This document shows positions 14,904 to 27,657 of a stretch of DNA of 64,000 bases, piece by piece (position 1 is the first letter of the stretch; each line of letters begins with the position of its first letter). The stretch comes from Octopus sinensis (Eukaryota): positions 10,416,001 to 10,480,000 of the forward strand of contig NC_043008.1 of assembly GCF_006345805.1 (NCBI RefSeq). The letters run 5' to 3'. The notes beneath the pieces are model-generated. The model worked only from the letters and a program-made list of their open reading frames with translations. It searched no databases and was not told the DNA's origin. Position numbers and translations under genes: made by a program.

Positions 14904-15098
14904 AACATGCTTTCTGTGTTATGTCCCAAGAAGATTTTATATATTTTTATATATTTTTATATATTTTTATGTATTTTTATATAATTTTTATGACGAAAAA
15001 TGCGAGCGATGTATAAGTACGCAGGCAAAGCAGAGTTATAACAGAGTAATTTCCCTTCATTTTTAACGGTATTTTTTCATAACGTTTTTCAAATAGCC

Positions 15099-15161
15099 AG
15101 ATAACCGAAGAGATGGTGTTGTGGATTTCCACTTCGGCATCTGAAACTCAGAGTTTTATCT
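15099..15161 (+). ncRNA. Hammerhead-ribozyme-like motif (type I) in PLE 3' UTR
   Basis: AGATAA-CCGAAGA-GATG...CATC-T-GAAAC-TCAGA-GT-T-TTATCT. Stem I AGATAA/TTATCT, stem II GATG/CATC with an inner GTGG/CCAC hairpin, stem III ACT/AGT. Core has C at U4. Confidence 0.65.
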
Positions 15162-15190
15162 TGACTACCGAGTAATGTAACATATTGTAT

Positions 15191-15229
<39 letters not shown>

Positions 15230-18200
15230 TGTTTCCAAGCTTGTGTATGTTTAGAAATCCCAAACAAAATTCCACATGCTTTGTGTCTAGTTTGATAGGT
15301 TTGGTTTATTCCTTCACTTTTCACCTTCTTCAGTTTTTCCCTCTTTCATGTTTTTGGTTTAACAAATTATATTATGGTAAGATACTGAATCCTATCATCT
15401 TTTAAGGAGTGTAATGGCTTTGCATTAGCACGGCTCCAGTTGTCTATTATTTATTTACTAGTGTAACCATACTGTTATTAACAACAGTTGATATATTTAT
15501 CTTAGAGAAAATTATAACAAAATAAATTTAAAATACAGAAAACTATTCATTTTTAGATATAGCCATTGTAATTGACTTTACATTAAATAATCTTGAAAGA
15601 AAAAAATATTTGCCTTAATTATACAGAAATTTCAAATAACTAAGATCTTTCTGTCAATGTATTATATTATTTTTCTTGTGGTACTAAGTCCTTAAGAATT
15701 TGCTATTGGAGATATCCAGCTATACATTTTTACTAGTATCCATACACTTACTTGGTTGTAGGTCACTCAGTGAGTATGCAGCACACAGTGACTGTCTAAT
15801 CATTTTTCTTTTTTGTTTTTGTTAAATTCTCTTCAAATTCAATATATACTCTTTGCATTATTTAAAATGTTTTTAGTTACACCAATTAATGAGACAATGA
15901 TTTCAAACTACAACTTTAAGTCCTTTAAACTTTAAGCGTGATAATTCTTTTTCTCTTCTTTCTCATCCAGTTTTTTTTTTATGTAAACCCCTATGCAAAT
16001 TATAACTCGTCTTTGTAAATGTTCCCTAAATTCAACACTCTTTTGGCAAATAAAATAAATTATTATTTTTATTGAACAAAACTCCCTGTAGTATTTATGT
16101 CCTTTTTATGTTCTAAGCCTGAATCCTGTCAAGGTTGACTTTATCTGTTATTCTTTCAGGATCAATAAAATAGTACTAATGAATACTTTTATTCACAATA
16201 TTCAAATCTATAATTCATTTGGCCATAAAAAAGATAATTGAAATGTACTGTGTGATTATTACACAGTTTGCCTAAGATGTATTTCAAGGTAATGTATCAT
16301 TGCTCAAGATATTTATCTCAAGGGTTTACAAAGGGTTCATCTCAAGGTTTACAAAATATTCAGAGTGAAGAGGGTGAACTGGCAGAGTTGTTAGTGCATC
16401 AGCTAGAAAGCCTTGTTGTATTTTCCTAACTCCCTTTAGACAGACACTGTGTGCTGCGTACTGGGTGACCTACAGTCAAGTAAAAGTGTGGACACTAGTA
16501 AAAATGTATAGCTGGATATCTGCAATAGCAAATTCTTAGGGAATTCAACTTTGCCTTTCATCCTTTTGGGGCTAATAAAGTCCTAGCACAGGGCAGTGGA
16601 TTGATGGAATTGTTGAAATGTCTGATGAAATGCCTTGTGATTATCAGTACTCTTTAGTTCCTTTCTGAGCTCATATTTTGCCTTCTATAATCAACCCCCT
16701 CATAGTAGGAAATGAGTCCATGGGGCCCAGTTAATAGTGTTAGGCTGCCAATGTAAGATTGAATAATGCAACAATTAGTGCAACATCTCATTTGCATAAA
16801 TAAAAAGAGTGAGTTCTGCTCTTTCTAGGATCAATGGTAGGACAGAAAATGCAGTTAATGAAAAGAGAGTTCTTTTTGCTTTTGAAGTTCAAATTGGTTT
16901 GAAAGTTTCCAATAATTGGTGACAGTGGGTTCCATATATCATGATAAAGTTATATTACATGGTTTTTCATGATTATTTGTGATTGGCATTCATAATTAAA
17001 GTACTTTCAAACATTTTAGAAGAATACTATCAAATCTTAACCTTCTAAATGTTTTTCTGTCTTACTCAGAAGACAGGCAACTTTTATTGTACTGTCTCTG
17101 AGATTGGTGGGTGGGAAAGAGATTTGTTCAAAATGACTTGAAACAGAGTTGACTCAGGAGATAGATGGTAGGGGTTAAGTTACACAATGAATAAAATCTA
17201 TCCTCCAAGAATAGACACGATCCATCTAATAGTCTTCTGCACAGTGTCCATTTCCCCAATTTCATCCACAAATCTTTGGTTATCCTGAGGTTATGACAGA
17301 AGGCTCACATCCAAGATGGTACAAAATGATATTGAATCTGGAACAACATTATTACAAACAAGCTTTTTAACCATATAACTATGTCTGTACCTATACAGAG
17401 AAGAGTCAATGAGTACATATTTTGTAAATCATAACCAGATTTTTTAAAGATACAGTGTTCAGTGTTGCTAGAGTGATATTGAAGAAGTATACAGCCAAAT
17501 AATAAAAATAGAAATTTAAAAAAAAAATCCAATTATCAAATCAAAACAAGTAGTTAACTTTTATTTTGAAATGTAGTTACAAACAAATCTTTTTTATTAA
17601 GTAATATTTTTTCATTTCTTTTTTGTTATCAAAAGTTGAATATAGTGATATTTTCTTTTGTTTTTCTTAATGCATTTACAGTCTATACATATTTTGGCCT
17701 TTTGATTCGCCTATTGCAGTACTACCTCCTCTTTAGGCTCATATTTGTGCATAATTTTTTCCTCTAATGCTCTAATGTATAACAACATACAAAAACACTT
17801 TGAGTTCACAATTTATAATAGATTGAATTGTTGTTGTTGATGTTGTAGCCAATACATTATATTTTTTATATTCATTAATACCCTTAGTACAACTCTCACT
17901 GTGTTTGGCTCACCTTTCATCTCTCAAAGCCTGAAAGTTAGTACCCATAATGTCCTGAAGAAATTCAGGTTACCAGAAATTTGTGCCTTTATGTCCAATC
18001 CAAATATCATTAGTCATGTACTGGGATTGATCTAATCAACTAAACCCTTCCTCCAAATATCAGGCTGTGCCAATGTTAGAAACAATTACTATCATCAATA
18101 GGGATGATGGATAACAAAATTGGTAGAATTTTGGATATCTTTTACGTCCTTTTAAGTTCTTGTTCATATTACCTCTTGGGGTCAGTCTTATGTTTCATTT

Positions 18201-18668
18201 CTCCACTGATAGTGAAATTAGTACCAGTAATACAGAGGGAGTTTATAAAATTGACTGTTGCATCTTTCCTTTCAATTTCTGGTTCTGCACTATCAGTGCA
18301 TGAGAGCTTTACTATCATTAATATTTTATTAAATAAACATTAAACATAAAAATATAACTAACTTTCCATGCTTGAAATGCCTTTTTGAAGCTTAGCTTTT
18401 TAAAAAAACGTTGACTTGTAGGAAAAGGAAAATGAACAGAACTATTAGTAATAGTATAAATGACTTTAAGATATTTTGGTTTCTTGGCAACAAGAAGGTC
18501 AAGTATTGTATAAACCTACTTGACATGTTACACTGTTCAGAAGACATATTTCTATACCAGGTGAAAAAGACAGAATAGGTTATTGATAAATCACACATGA
18601 GAAGCAAAGGTACAGCACAATTAAAATGAAAATGTGTAAATAAATGTTCCTTTTTGCTTACAAACCTC

Positions 18669-18708
<40 letters not shown>

Positions 18709-19544
18709 CAGTGTGATGGATGAGATTTTTCTTTAATAATTTGTTTATAATCTTTGTTCTAGTTTTTTTTTTATATCACTTTTCTCATCTGACAAGATTA
18801 GTGTAGATTGTATTTTTGAATTGGCAAATGGCCAATTTTTGTAGGAAATGAATTATGGTTGGCCAAATACTGAATGCTGGTAAGAAATAACGGATGAAAT
18901 GTAAATTCAAATTTAATTTGATTTCACCATAGAAACATGAAACACCAAATGAGACAAAATAAAAGCTCCAAATGTGACTGTGTACTGATTGATATGTATT
19001 AGTATCAATTTCTTTTAGCTGATATGAAACCAATATTTTTAGAGTGAATCATTTGTATCAATATCACTATGTTACTAGTACTTATTTCATTAATCTAAAG
19101 AGGCTGGAAGCAGGAAGTTGTCTTCAGTTAGTTTCAACAAAAAATGTATCACTGTTAGATGTCAGTTTATTATGCAGGTTCAGGTATGATTGTGTAGCTA
19201 AGAAGCTTCCTTCATTGCCACATGGTTTTGAGTTTGATCCCACTGCATTGCACCTTTGCCATGCATCTTCTACCATAGCCTGAAGATGGATCAACCAATG
19301 ACTTGTGAATGTTATTTGGTTGACGGAAACAGTGGAAGCTTGTCAGAAGAACTGTCCTTGTTATGGCTGGTAAACTTGGCTGGCTTAATACCAACACGTG
19401 TCTGTGACTACCTTTAGTGGACTCCACTCTGTTGCAAACATTTGGATCAGATCTCCAATCTGAATATAACTTTCACTATTTGCTCACCAGACTTTGGGGG
19501 TCCTGAAGAAAAACTTTGGCACTTCCTAATTATTCTACCAAACA

Positions 19545-20497
19545 CTACTGCTATTTTTAATCCCAGGAGAACGCTTTCTCCAGGTGGTTATTTGATGCAA
19601 TCTGCCCCTGATATATATTGCAAGCAGGGGAGTGAACTCCTACCATCTTCCAGCCACAAGACTACCAGACTGCATGGTTTTGACCTCTCTGTAGTCATCC
19701 TTGGTGGTGAATACTCATCCACTAAAGACAGCAATAGTTCACTTCAGTTCGCAATATATAAAAATCAAGTGACACACAATTCCATGCTGGTGGCACATAA
19801 AAAGCACCAACTGGTCGTGGCCGTTGCTAGCCTCGTCTGGCACCTGTGCCGGTGGTACGTAAAAAGCACCCACTACACTCATGGAGTGGTTGGCGTTAGG
19901 AAGGGCATCCAGCCATAGAAACATTGCCAGATCAGACTGGGCCTGGTGCAGCCTCCTGGCTTCCCAGACCTCAGTTGAACCGTCCAACCCATGCTAGCAT
20001 GGAAAGCGGACGTTAAACGATGATGATGATGACGATGACACACAGAGATTGATCTTGCAACAAGCAAATTAGCTTGTGAGAAAATCTCAGTAACAAATGA
20101 AAGTAGTAACTATACTAAGAAGTAATATTCATTGCCACTTGAACATAGCTGTTCCACAGGAACCTATGTTACTGCTGTTTTTAACCCTAGGATTTTTTCA
20201 AGCTAGCTAATTTGCTTGTTGCAAGATCAGTGACTGTGTGTCACTTGATTTCTATATATTGTGAGATGAAGTGAACTACTACTGTCTCTAGCAGATGAGT
20301 ATCCACCTCCGAGGATGACCACAAAGAGTTTGAAGCCATATGGTTTGGTGGTAAGATGGTAGGGGTTCACTCTCTTGCTTGCAATATATATCAGGTGCAG
20401 ATTGCATCGAATAACCAGCCAGTGGAGATGTCCTTCTGGGGTTTAAAATAGCAGTAATATCAGTTCCCATGGTACAGCAATGTTTAAGTGGCAATAA
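19545..20497. mobile_element. Old inverted pair of a ~358-nt HHR-bearing non-coding element (PLE pLTR / retrozyme-like)
   Basis: Left arm (with an insertion) is the reverse complement of 20190-20460; ORF track shows NPRRT...MQSAPDIYCKQ on opposite strands. Decayed HHRs at 19662-19709 (-) and 20303-20351 (+). Confidence 0.7.
19779..20035 (+). mobile_element. Young RTE 3' UTR insertion with 9-bp TSD
   Basis: TGACACACA at 19770-19778 and 20036-20044 flanks a (GAT)n-tailed copy. Confidence 0.85.
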
Positions 20498-21628
20498 TCA
20501 TTACTTCAAAGTAACTTTTGTTGAATAGTTAGGCATAATTAATTTTCTTATTTATACCCTTCTCATTTATTTTATTCAATATCCTTTGTTACTTTCTTAT
20601 AAGATAAAATTCATATCCAAAAACTAATTCTATACTTTAGATATAAAAATGAAAGATATTCGACAGAAATGTTATCTCCTAAGTACAAAAGAAAGAATGC
20701 AAGAATTTACAAACATTTTCCTTAAAATAGACACATTTATGTAAACCCACATGATATATTAATGTTCTTTATAACTTTGAAAGTAGGTTAAAGAGAAAAA
20801 AAAGAAAAAGAAGCTATATTTTCTATTTTCTTTATAGCAAATTTGATATCCCACCCCCAATATTTTTGATTAGAAGCAAGGGTAATATTTTGTTGTGGGA
20901 AATCATATAGTTGATTGATTACTGGTATTTATTTCATCGTCTGTGTAGGGATAAAAGGCAAAGTTGATTCTGAAAGGGGATTAAACTTCAAACTAAGAAA
21001 GAAGAAATGAAATACCTTAATGCATTTATAGTATAGTAACCTGTTGGCCTTTCTAATTATAAAGAAAATATTGGCTTCTTTACCTGTCACAAAGGTCTAT
21101 TATAAGAAGGCATAACAGAAAAAGAGATATTTGGATGTTCATAGCTTTCACAGGGGCATTAGCAGGATGAAGTGAAGTTGTATCAATGAAGCACTGAATT
21201 GCATTACAACCATAACTGACTGGAAGCTTGTATCTTGTTTTACAGTATTTATAAATAAGATATTGATGACAAATGGAATATTGATGTTAGAAGGGGGAGA
21301 GAGGATTTTTTTTTTTTGTGTTTCCATTTACTGACCACCATAAAAAATAATGACATGTCTTAAGAAATAAAAACAAAAGAATTGTACAGGTATATAGTCA
21401 ACACCATATATTTATATAATTTGTATATGTACATGTATATGTACTAAGAATAAGTTTAAAAATTAATATCTAACCTATAAAATTTTTTATATATCTTATC
21501 AATAACGAAGAATTATTTTGGGCTAAGTTGAAGATTAAATTTTCAGAATAAAAAGTGTTGTTGTTTTGCTTTTTAGCCCTTGCTCAAAGGTATTCCAACC
21601 ATAATCATCCTGTCTTTTTAGGAGTAAA

Positions 21629-22024
21629 TCTTTATATATAAAAGAGAGGTTGTGTGTCTGTCTCCTACGATTTAGATTCCTAACTACTCCCACATTTTGC
21701 AGTGCAGTTTAACCAAAACCAGGTATCTTATAGTTGTGATTCATATCGAGCCCTTCTGGGTATTAGCGCGCATCTACGATGAGTCTACGATTTAAAAAAA
21801 AATTTACCATCATTTTTTTTCCATTTTAATGCATTTTTTCGCTATTATATAAGGGAAGTAACTCTCTAAAAATGTCTACGATGAGTCAACGATTTAAAAA
21901 AAATTTACCATCATTTTTTTTCCATTTTAATGCATTTTTTGCTATTTTTTGGCTATAACTCTCTAAAAATGCTTATATAGTTATTTCCCTTACAAACCCG
22001 AGCAACGCCGGGCGATACTGCTAG
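21629..22024 (+). mobile_element. Non-autonomous Helitron
   Basis: 5' TC after A, 3' CTAG before T, subterminal GC hairpin CCCGAGCAACGCCGGG about 12 nt from the end, no TSD, internal ~107-bp tandem duplication. Confidence 0.85.
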
Positions 22025-22520
22025 TGTTGAATAAAGTTGTCTTACATGTCCTGCTCTTTTTATAGGGCTGTGGTGTGTAGTTTCGGCAATATTTGGCTGC
22101 TATTTCTAACATGAGCATGATCATGTAGATGTTCTTGTAAATTCAATTGGTTCTAGTTCATTACTTGCACTTATTTATTTTTAATCATAAACAGTTATTT
22201 CTGATAGGATTTAAATTTAGAAACCTGACATGATATAATAAGGTTAATAAGTCACGGTCTGGTTTACTTTTGTTTTTGCTATTCCTGTTATAATGATGAA
22301 TTCCTAACTTTGGCAGAAGACCAGAAGTTTGTTGGAGGATGGCTAAAGACAATTCAATCAACTCCATCTGGGCACCTATTACATGTTAGAAACCTGTTGC
22401 ACTGGTATGGACACAGGAATAGATGGTTCTAGTGAGATTAAAAAGTTACTGTGTACTGACAGTGGAAACTACTTGTGATAGAGGGGGAAAACAAACATAA
22501 AAAAGACACGGGAAGATATA

Positions 22521-22750
22521 GGCGGCGAGCTGGCAGAGACGTTAGCACGCCGGGCGAAGTGTTTCGCGGTATTTCGCCCGTCGCTACGTTCTGAGTTCAA
22601 ATTCCGTCGAGGTCGACTTTGCCTTTCATCCTTTCGGGGTCGATAAATTAAGTACCAGTTACATACTGGGGTCGATGTAATCGACTTAATCCGTTTGTCT
22701 GTCCTTGTTTGTCCCCTCTATGTTTAGCCCCTTGTGGGTAGTAAAGAAAC
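22521..22750 (+). mobile_element. Young tRNA-derived SINE with conserved central core (Meta/MESC-like)
   Basis: B box GAGTTCAAATTCC and core gcctttcatcctttcggggtcgataaattaagtaccag. CpG-rich; near-identical copies at 24915-25143 and 63605-63834. Superfamily name is from memory. Confidence 0.85.
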
Positions 22751-23922
22751 AGATATAGTCAGGCGATTATAGGATCTGGGGGCCTCACAAAAAAGATGAA
22801 ACAAAATTGAGAGGAATAGTAGTGGTAAGTTGTACTTGAGGTCCATTTAGTTGCAGCACTGATGGTGATGCAGCACTGTATCATGTCATCACGGACAATG
22901 ATGATAGTTATGATGTCATGACGATGATGACACCACTACTGGATTGGGGTTAAGAGCAACATGCAATATAGATAAGTCTAATAATGATCAATAGCATCAA
23001 ATGATAACACCATAAGAAGAAAAAACAAGAACAAAATAAGCGAACAATGTATAATGCTGCATGTGAACATCTTTGTATGTGTGCATGTGTGAGTGTGTAT
23101 GCATGTGTGTGTGTGTGTGTGTATATATAGAGGTCTACATTGATACGTGTATAAGTAAACCTGTGTATGTGTCAGTGAGAGAGATGCTGATAAATCAATG
23201 TTATTCTTTCTTCTACTGCTTTCACTTTTTCTGATCTTACTGCTGAGAATAGACCACATTCATTTAAATCAACTTTTCTCTCTCTCTCTCTCTCTCTCTT
23301 TCTTTCTCTCTCCCTCCCTCCCACCACAATTTCTATGTCTTACTAGACATTTTAACTTGCCTAATCAATGAATGTTTTTCACTCAAAATCATTATTCTCC
23401 CTGTCACTCTAAGGCTCGTTATGTAAAAGTAAAACTTCATTAATGAGGTCTAGTAAGACAGAAACATGTATAGATATATATATATATGGAGAAGTATCTT
23501 TTTGATTATTATAGTCACAATGTTTTGATTGTTGTAAATCTTGCCTGTCCTACTCAGCAATGTTCTTTTAATATTAAATGAAGCACTTTATTAAATCCCC
23601 TGGATATTTCTCTATGTCAGTGTGTGTGTACGTCAAAAAGTCAACATTTTAAAAGTTTTTTTCTTAGAGATTTACAAAATGTAAACATTCGTACCAGAAG
23701 TTGACTCATTTAATGTCAGAATAGAATTTACAGAAAAAATAAGGGCTTAAATCTAATGAAAATTCAATAAAATCTAATCATAAGTGAGGGAAATTATGTT
23801 AAATACAACTAAATTGAAAAGCTTTTCCCTCTGGCCAAATTAGCAATTCTGAAAACATTTGTGTGTGAATTTTACATGAGTAGAAACTTTTTTTAACAAT
23901 TTTTATCCTGAAAAATCACCTG

Positions 23923-23988
23923 TTACCTTTGTTTTAAAGTGAAAGAGAGGAGAAAGTGGAAGATGTATGAATGTGCATATGAAATGGA

Positions 23989-24038
<50 letters not shown>

Positions 24039-24304
24039 ACTTACACATACATGAGAACACACATGTTCACTAACTCTTTCTCACACACACATATACATGC
24101 ACGCATATATACAAAAACGATGTGCGCATATTTATTGATGTATGTACGTATACATGACAACACACCCATTCACTCACTCACTCACTCTCTCTTTCTCTCT
24201 TTTTATCTCTCTCTCTCTTCCTCTCTTTCATACACACATCTGTTTCATATATACGCACATACATCTTTCACTTTCTCCTCTCTTTCACTTTAAAACAAAA
24301 GTAA
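23923..24304. repeat. Inverted repeat, ~110-bp arms, ~150-bp spacer
   Basis: ttgttttaaagtgaaagagaggagaaagtggaagatgtatg is the reverse complement of catacatctttcactttctcctctctttcactttaaaacaa with one mismatch; pairing continues into the GA/CT tracts. Confidence 0.85.
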
Positions 24305-24834
24305 ATGAATTATAATTTTTTACAGAAATTAATGAACTCTGGATGATGAAATCACATTCAGTTAAAAATACTTCTAAATGATTAAAATATTGTGTATGTC
24401 AAAATGTCGAAGTTTTTCTTTCTTAGAGAGCGCAAAGACTATGTGTGTATATATGTCACAGATAGCAGATGTGTGTCTGTGCTAATTGACATGCCATGAC
24501 ATTCATTATATGTGTGAGGTATTCTGTGTGTGTGTTTACATCATGGGAGCCATGTATTTTTTCATCAAGAAATAACAAGCAAAAATTGTGTTTAATCGTT
24601 GAAATAGAGGTCCAAATATCACAAAAATTTGTACTGCACTGTAGCAGGTAAGTATGAAAATAAATATGCAAAAAACATTAAGATAAAATATACTATTTCT
24701 GATATAGTTTGGGTACACACAAACATCTCTAGAATTTTAGTATTATTGAGATGTATATACACGTGTGTGTGCATATATATTGATATAAATGAGTGTATGT
24801 GTACATATATATGTATATATATTTGTGTATATAA

Positions 24835-24914
<80 letters not shown>

Positions 24915-25142
24915 GCGGCGAGCTGGCAGAACCGTTAGCACACTGGGCGAAATGCGTAGCTGTATTTCATCTGTCGTCACGTTCCGAGTTCAAATTCCGC
25001 CGAGGTCGACTTTGCCTTTCATCCCTTTCGGGGTCGATAAATTAAGTACCAGTTACACACTGGGGTCGATATAATCGACTTAATCCGTTTGTCTGTCCTT
25101 GATTGTCCTCTCTGTGTTTAGCCCCTTGTGGGTAGTAAAGAA

Positions 25143-25143
<1 letters not shown>
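24915..25143 (+). mobile_element. Young SINE, same family as 22521-22750
   Basis: High identity to 22521-22750; inserted in a (TA)n tract. Confidence 0.88.
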
Positions 25144-25157
<14 letters not shown>

Positions 25158-25173
<16 letters not shown>

Positions 25174-25605
25174 TACTCCAATGCGACCGTACGACAGGCA
25201 CCCATGCCAACCCCCTTTGCTTGTGAAGACATGTTGGGGCAAGCGAAATCGAAATCGAATTGAACCAGCCAGGATCCCTGGTCTGGTGGTACGTAAAAGG
25301 CACTATCCGACTCGTGGCCGATGCCAGCACCGCCTCGACTGGCTTCCGTGCCGGTGGCACATTAAATACACCAATCTGACCGTGGCCGTTGCCAGCCTCG
25401 CCTGGCACCTGTGCAGGTGGCACGTAAAAAGCACCCACTACACTCACGGAGTGGTTGGCGTTAGGAAGGGCATCCAGCTGTAGAAACATTGCCAGATTAG
25501 ACTGGAGCCTGGTGCAGCCTTCTGGCTTCCCAGAACCCCGGTCGAACCGTCCAACCCATGCTAGCATGGAGAACGGACGTTAAACGATGATGATGATGAT
25601 GATGA
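25158..25605 (+). mobile_element. Long young RTE 3' UTR copy with three ggtggcacgtaaaaagcacc modules
   Basis: CpG-rich, (GAT)n tail, near-identical 3' end to 19779-20035. Confidence 0.82.
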
Positions 25606-25619
25606 TTGTTTTGCTTCCA

Positions 25620-26060
25620 CAATTCTGCAATTTGGTGTTTGTGCATACCTTCACCTATGATTAGGAATCTTGGGTAATGGCCAAAAAGAATACATGTGGC
25701 TGAGATGGGGTCCCTCCAAAGTGTCTTTGGAGTAACATTAACCAATAGAATATACAACTCAGAGATCAGAGGTGCTTCAAGTAGAGCTATTACTTCTCCA
25801 GATTGAGAGATCACAGCTCTGATACTACAGACATGTAAGAATGCCTCAGAAAAGAATTACTGGACAGGTTTTACAAGCAAAACCAACTGGAAGGAGACCT
25901 AGGGATAGACCACAAGCAAGATGGTTGGATAACATCCATGAACTTGGTTGGCCTTACTTGGAGATCCAGCCAGATCAATTAGAGTTGGTTGCTTCTGACA
26001 GGAGCCAGTGGAATGTGTTCCCCCATCACACTCTCAGGAATAAGTGAGCAAAAATGAGAT
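25620..26060 (+). mobile_element. RTE (Expander/Rex3-like) ORF C-terminal relic
   Basis: ORF 25841..26047 MPQKRITGQVLQAKPTGRRPRDRPQARWLDNI...ASDRSQW. Confidence 0.78.
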
Positions 26061-27617
26061 GAGACTCTTCTCCCTGACAAATATAATACTTAAACCAGGT
26101 GTTGGCAGTTTAATAATAAACTAGGGCTGGAGAAGCACCATGGGTCTTGTATTATTTCTTAGAAATTTTTAAAGTTGAATGTGTTTGTAGGTGATTGAGT
26201 AATTAGTGGCTTTTGGTCTGCCCTTTGCGTCATAATTTGGTTTAAGTTTTGCTTATGTAAGTATTGTCAGTGATAGAAATGAGGTGACATATGGGAATAA
26301 TTTCATGCATAAGATATGATATATGAAGTAAATGTAATGTATATAGGTAAATGTAAAAAAGAAAAATCAAAACTGGACCTACGTATAAAAGAAGTTGCTG
26401 TTCCCTGACCTAAACAAACTGAAAAAAAATATTGAATAAAATGTTCTGCTCAGAAAAACAGTGAATGTCTATTTTATGAACTGTTAGTCCAATGTCTTAT
26501 ACACATGGCTATCTTTTCTCAAGTGTATGATTTCTCTTGAAAAGTCAAGAAGAGAAAACAAATTTAATGTCATAATTTAAGGATGATCCACAATTCTAAC
26601 AAGAATGGCCAACTGTTTGAAATTTAATCTTTCATCTCCTTTGGATTGGTCACATAGGTAAAGAAAAACTTAGACCTTATTAGATGCTTGTATATCAAAA
26701 ACTTACTAACAGACCATAATTATGATACTACAACCTGTTAAATACTTTTAAGCTCATGATATAAACAATAAGTTATATAATGAACTTTAGTTTTCATGTG
26801 GTAATCATCATTATCATCTTCATCATCATTTAATGTCTGTTTTCCATGCTGGTGTGGATTGGAGGTTGACAGGAGTTGGGAAGCCAAAGAACTGCACCAG
26901 ACTGCAATTGTGTTTTGGCATGGTTTCTATGGCTGGATGTTTTTCCTAATGCCATCCACTTTAGAGGGTGCTTTTTATGTGATACCAGCACAGGTGCTTT
27001 TTGTGTAGCCCTAGCACAGGTGCTTTTTATATGGCACCAACACATGGTTGCCAAGTAGTTTGCAAAACAGAGACCTCGAGGCTGGAGTATATTAAATTAA
27101 TACTGTGAATGTCTTTCTTACTAACTCATCCAAACATCCATTGTTACTTTAATAAACATCAAAATATTTGCAGGAAACCACTTTGCTTATATTCATCTGA
27201 AATGTATAGATTTCAATAATAACTTGCTTTGTTGTTTGGGATTTTTTTTAGATGTGCTTTGAAAGTCTTTTTTTTTAATTTTTTGTTTTGTGCATACCAT
27301 AAAAAAACCTGATGTAATAAAAACAGACACTTTAAAAGATACACCCACCCACACATTTAAACATACTCACACACACACAACACACACGCACACTTTGTGT
27401 GTATACATTATACTGCAATAAAGTAACTTGTGGTGAGATATTCATCGACCTCTTTCTAGCTTTGTGCATACAAAAACACTGGTTGTTATGGGAAGCAGCA
27501 TGATAACAACTATCACATCAGTCATCGTAGGTTCAGTGAGTAAAGACAAAAGCTACAGGTGAGTAGCTTATAAGTTGGAAACACCAGTTGAAATATAACT
27601 CATATAAAATTCTCACA

Positions 27618-27657
<40 letters not shown>

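Larger units (their letters stand above)
13870..15190 (+). mobile_element. 5'-truncated Penelope-like element, Naiad-type
   Basis: RT thumb, linker and GIY-YIG coding region followed by a 3' UTR with a hammerhead motif. Flanked by TA microsatellites. Confidence 0.88.

Noticed and set aside
14985-15045. Possible SECIS in the Naiad 3' UTR (ATGA...AAAA), since some Naiads encode selenoproteins
   Set aside because: No convincing SECIS helix by eye and no in-frame TGA in the visible ORF.
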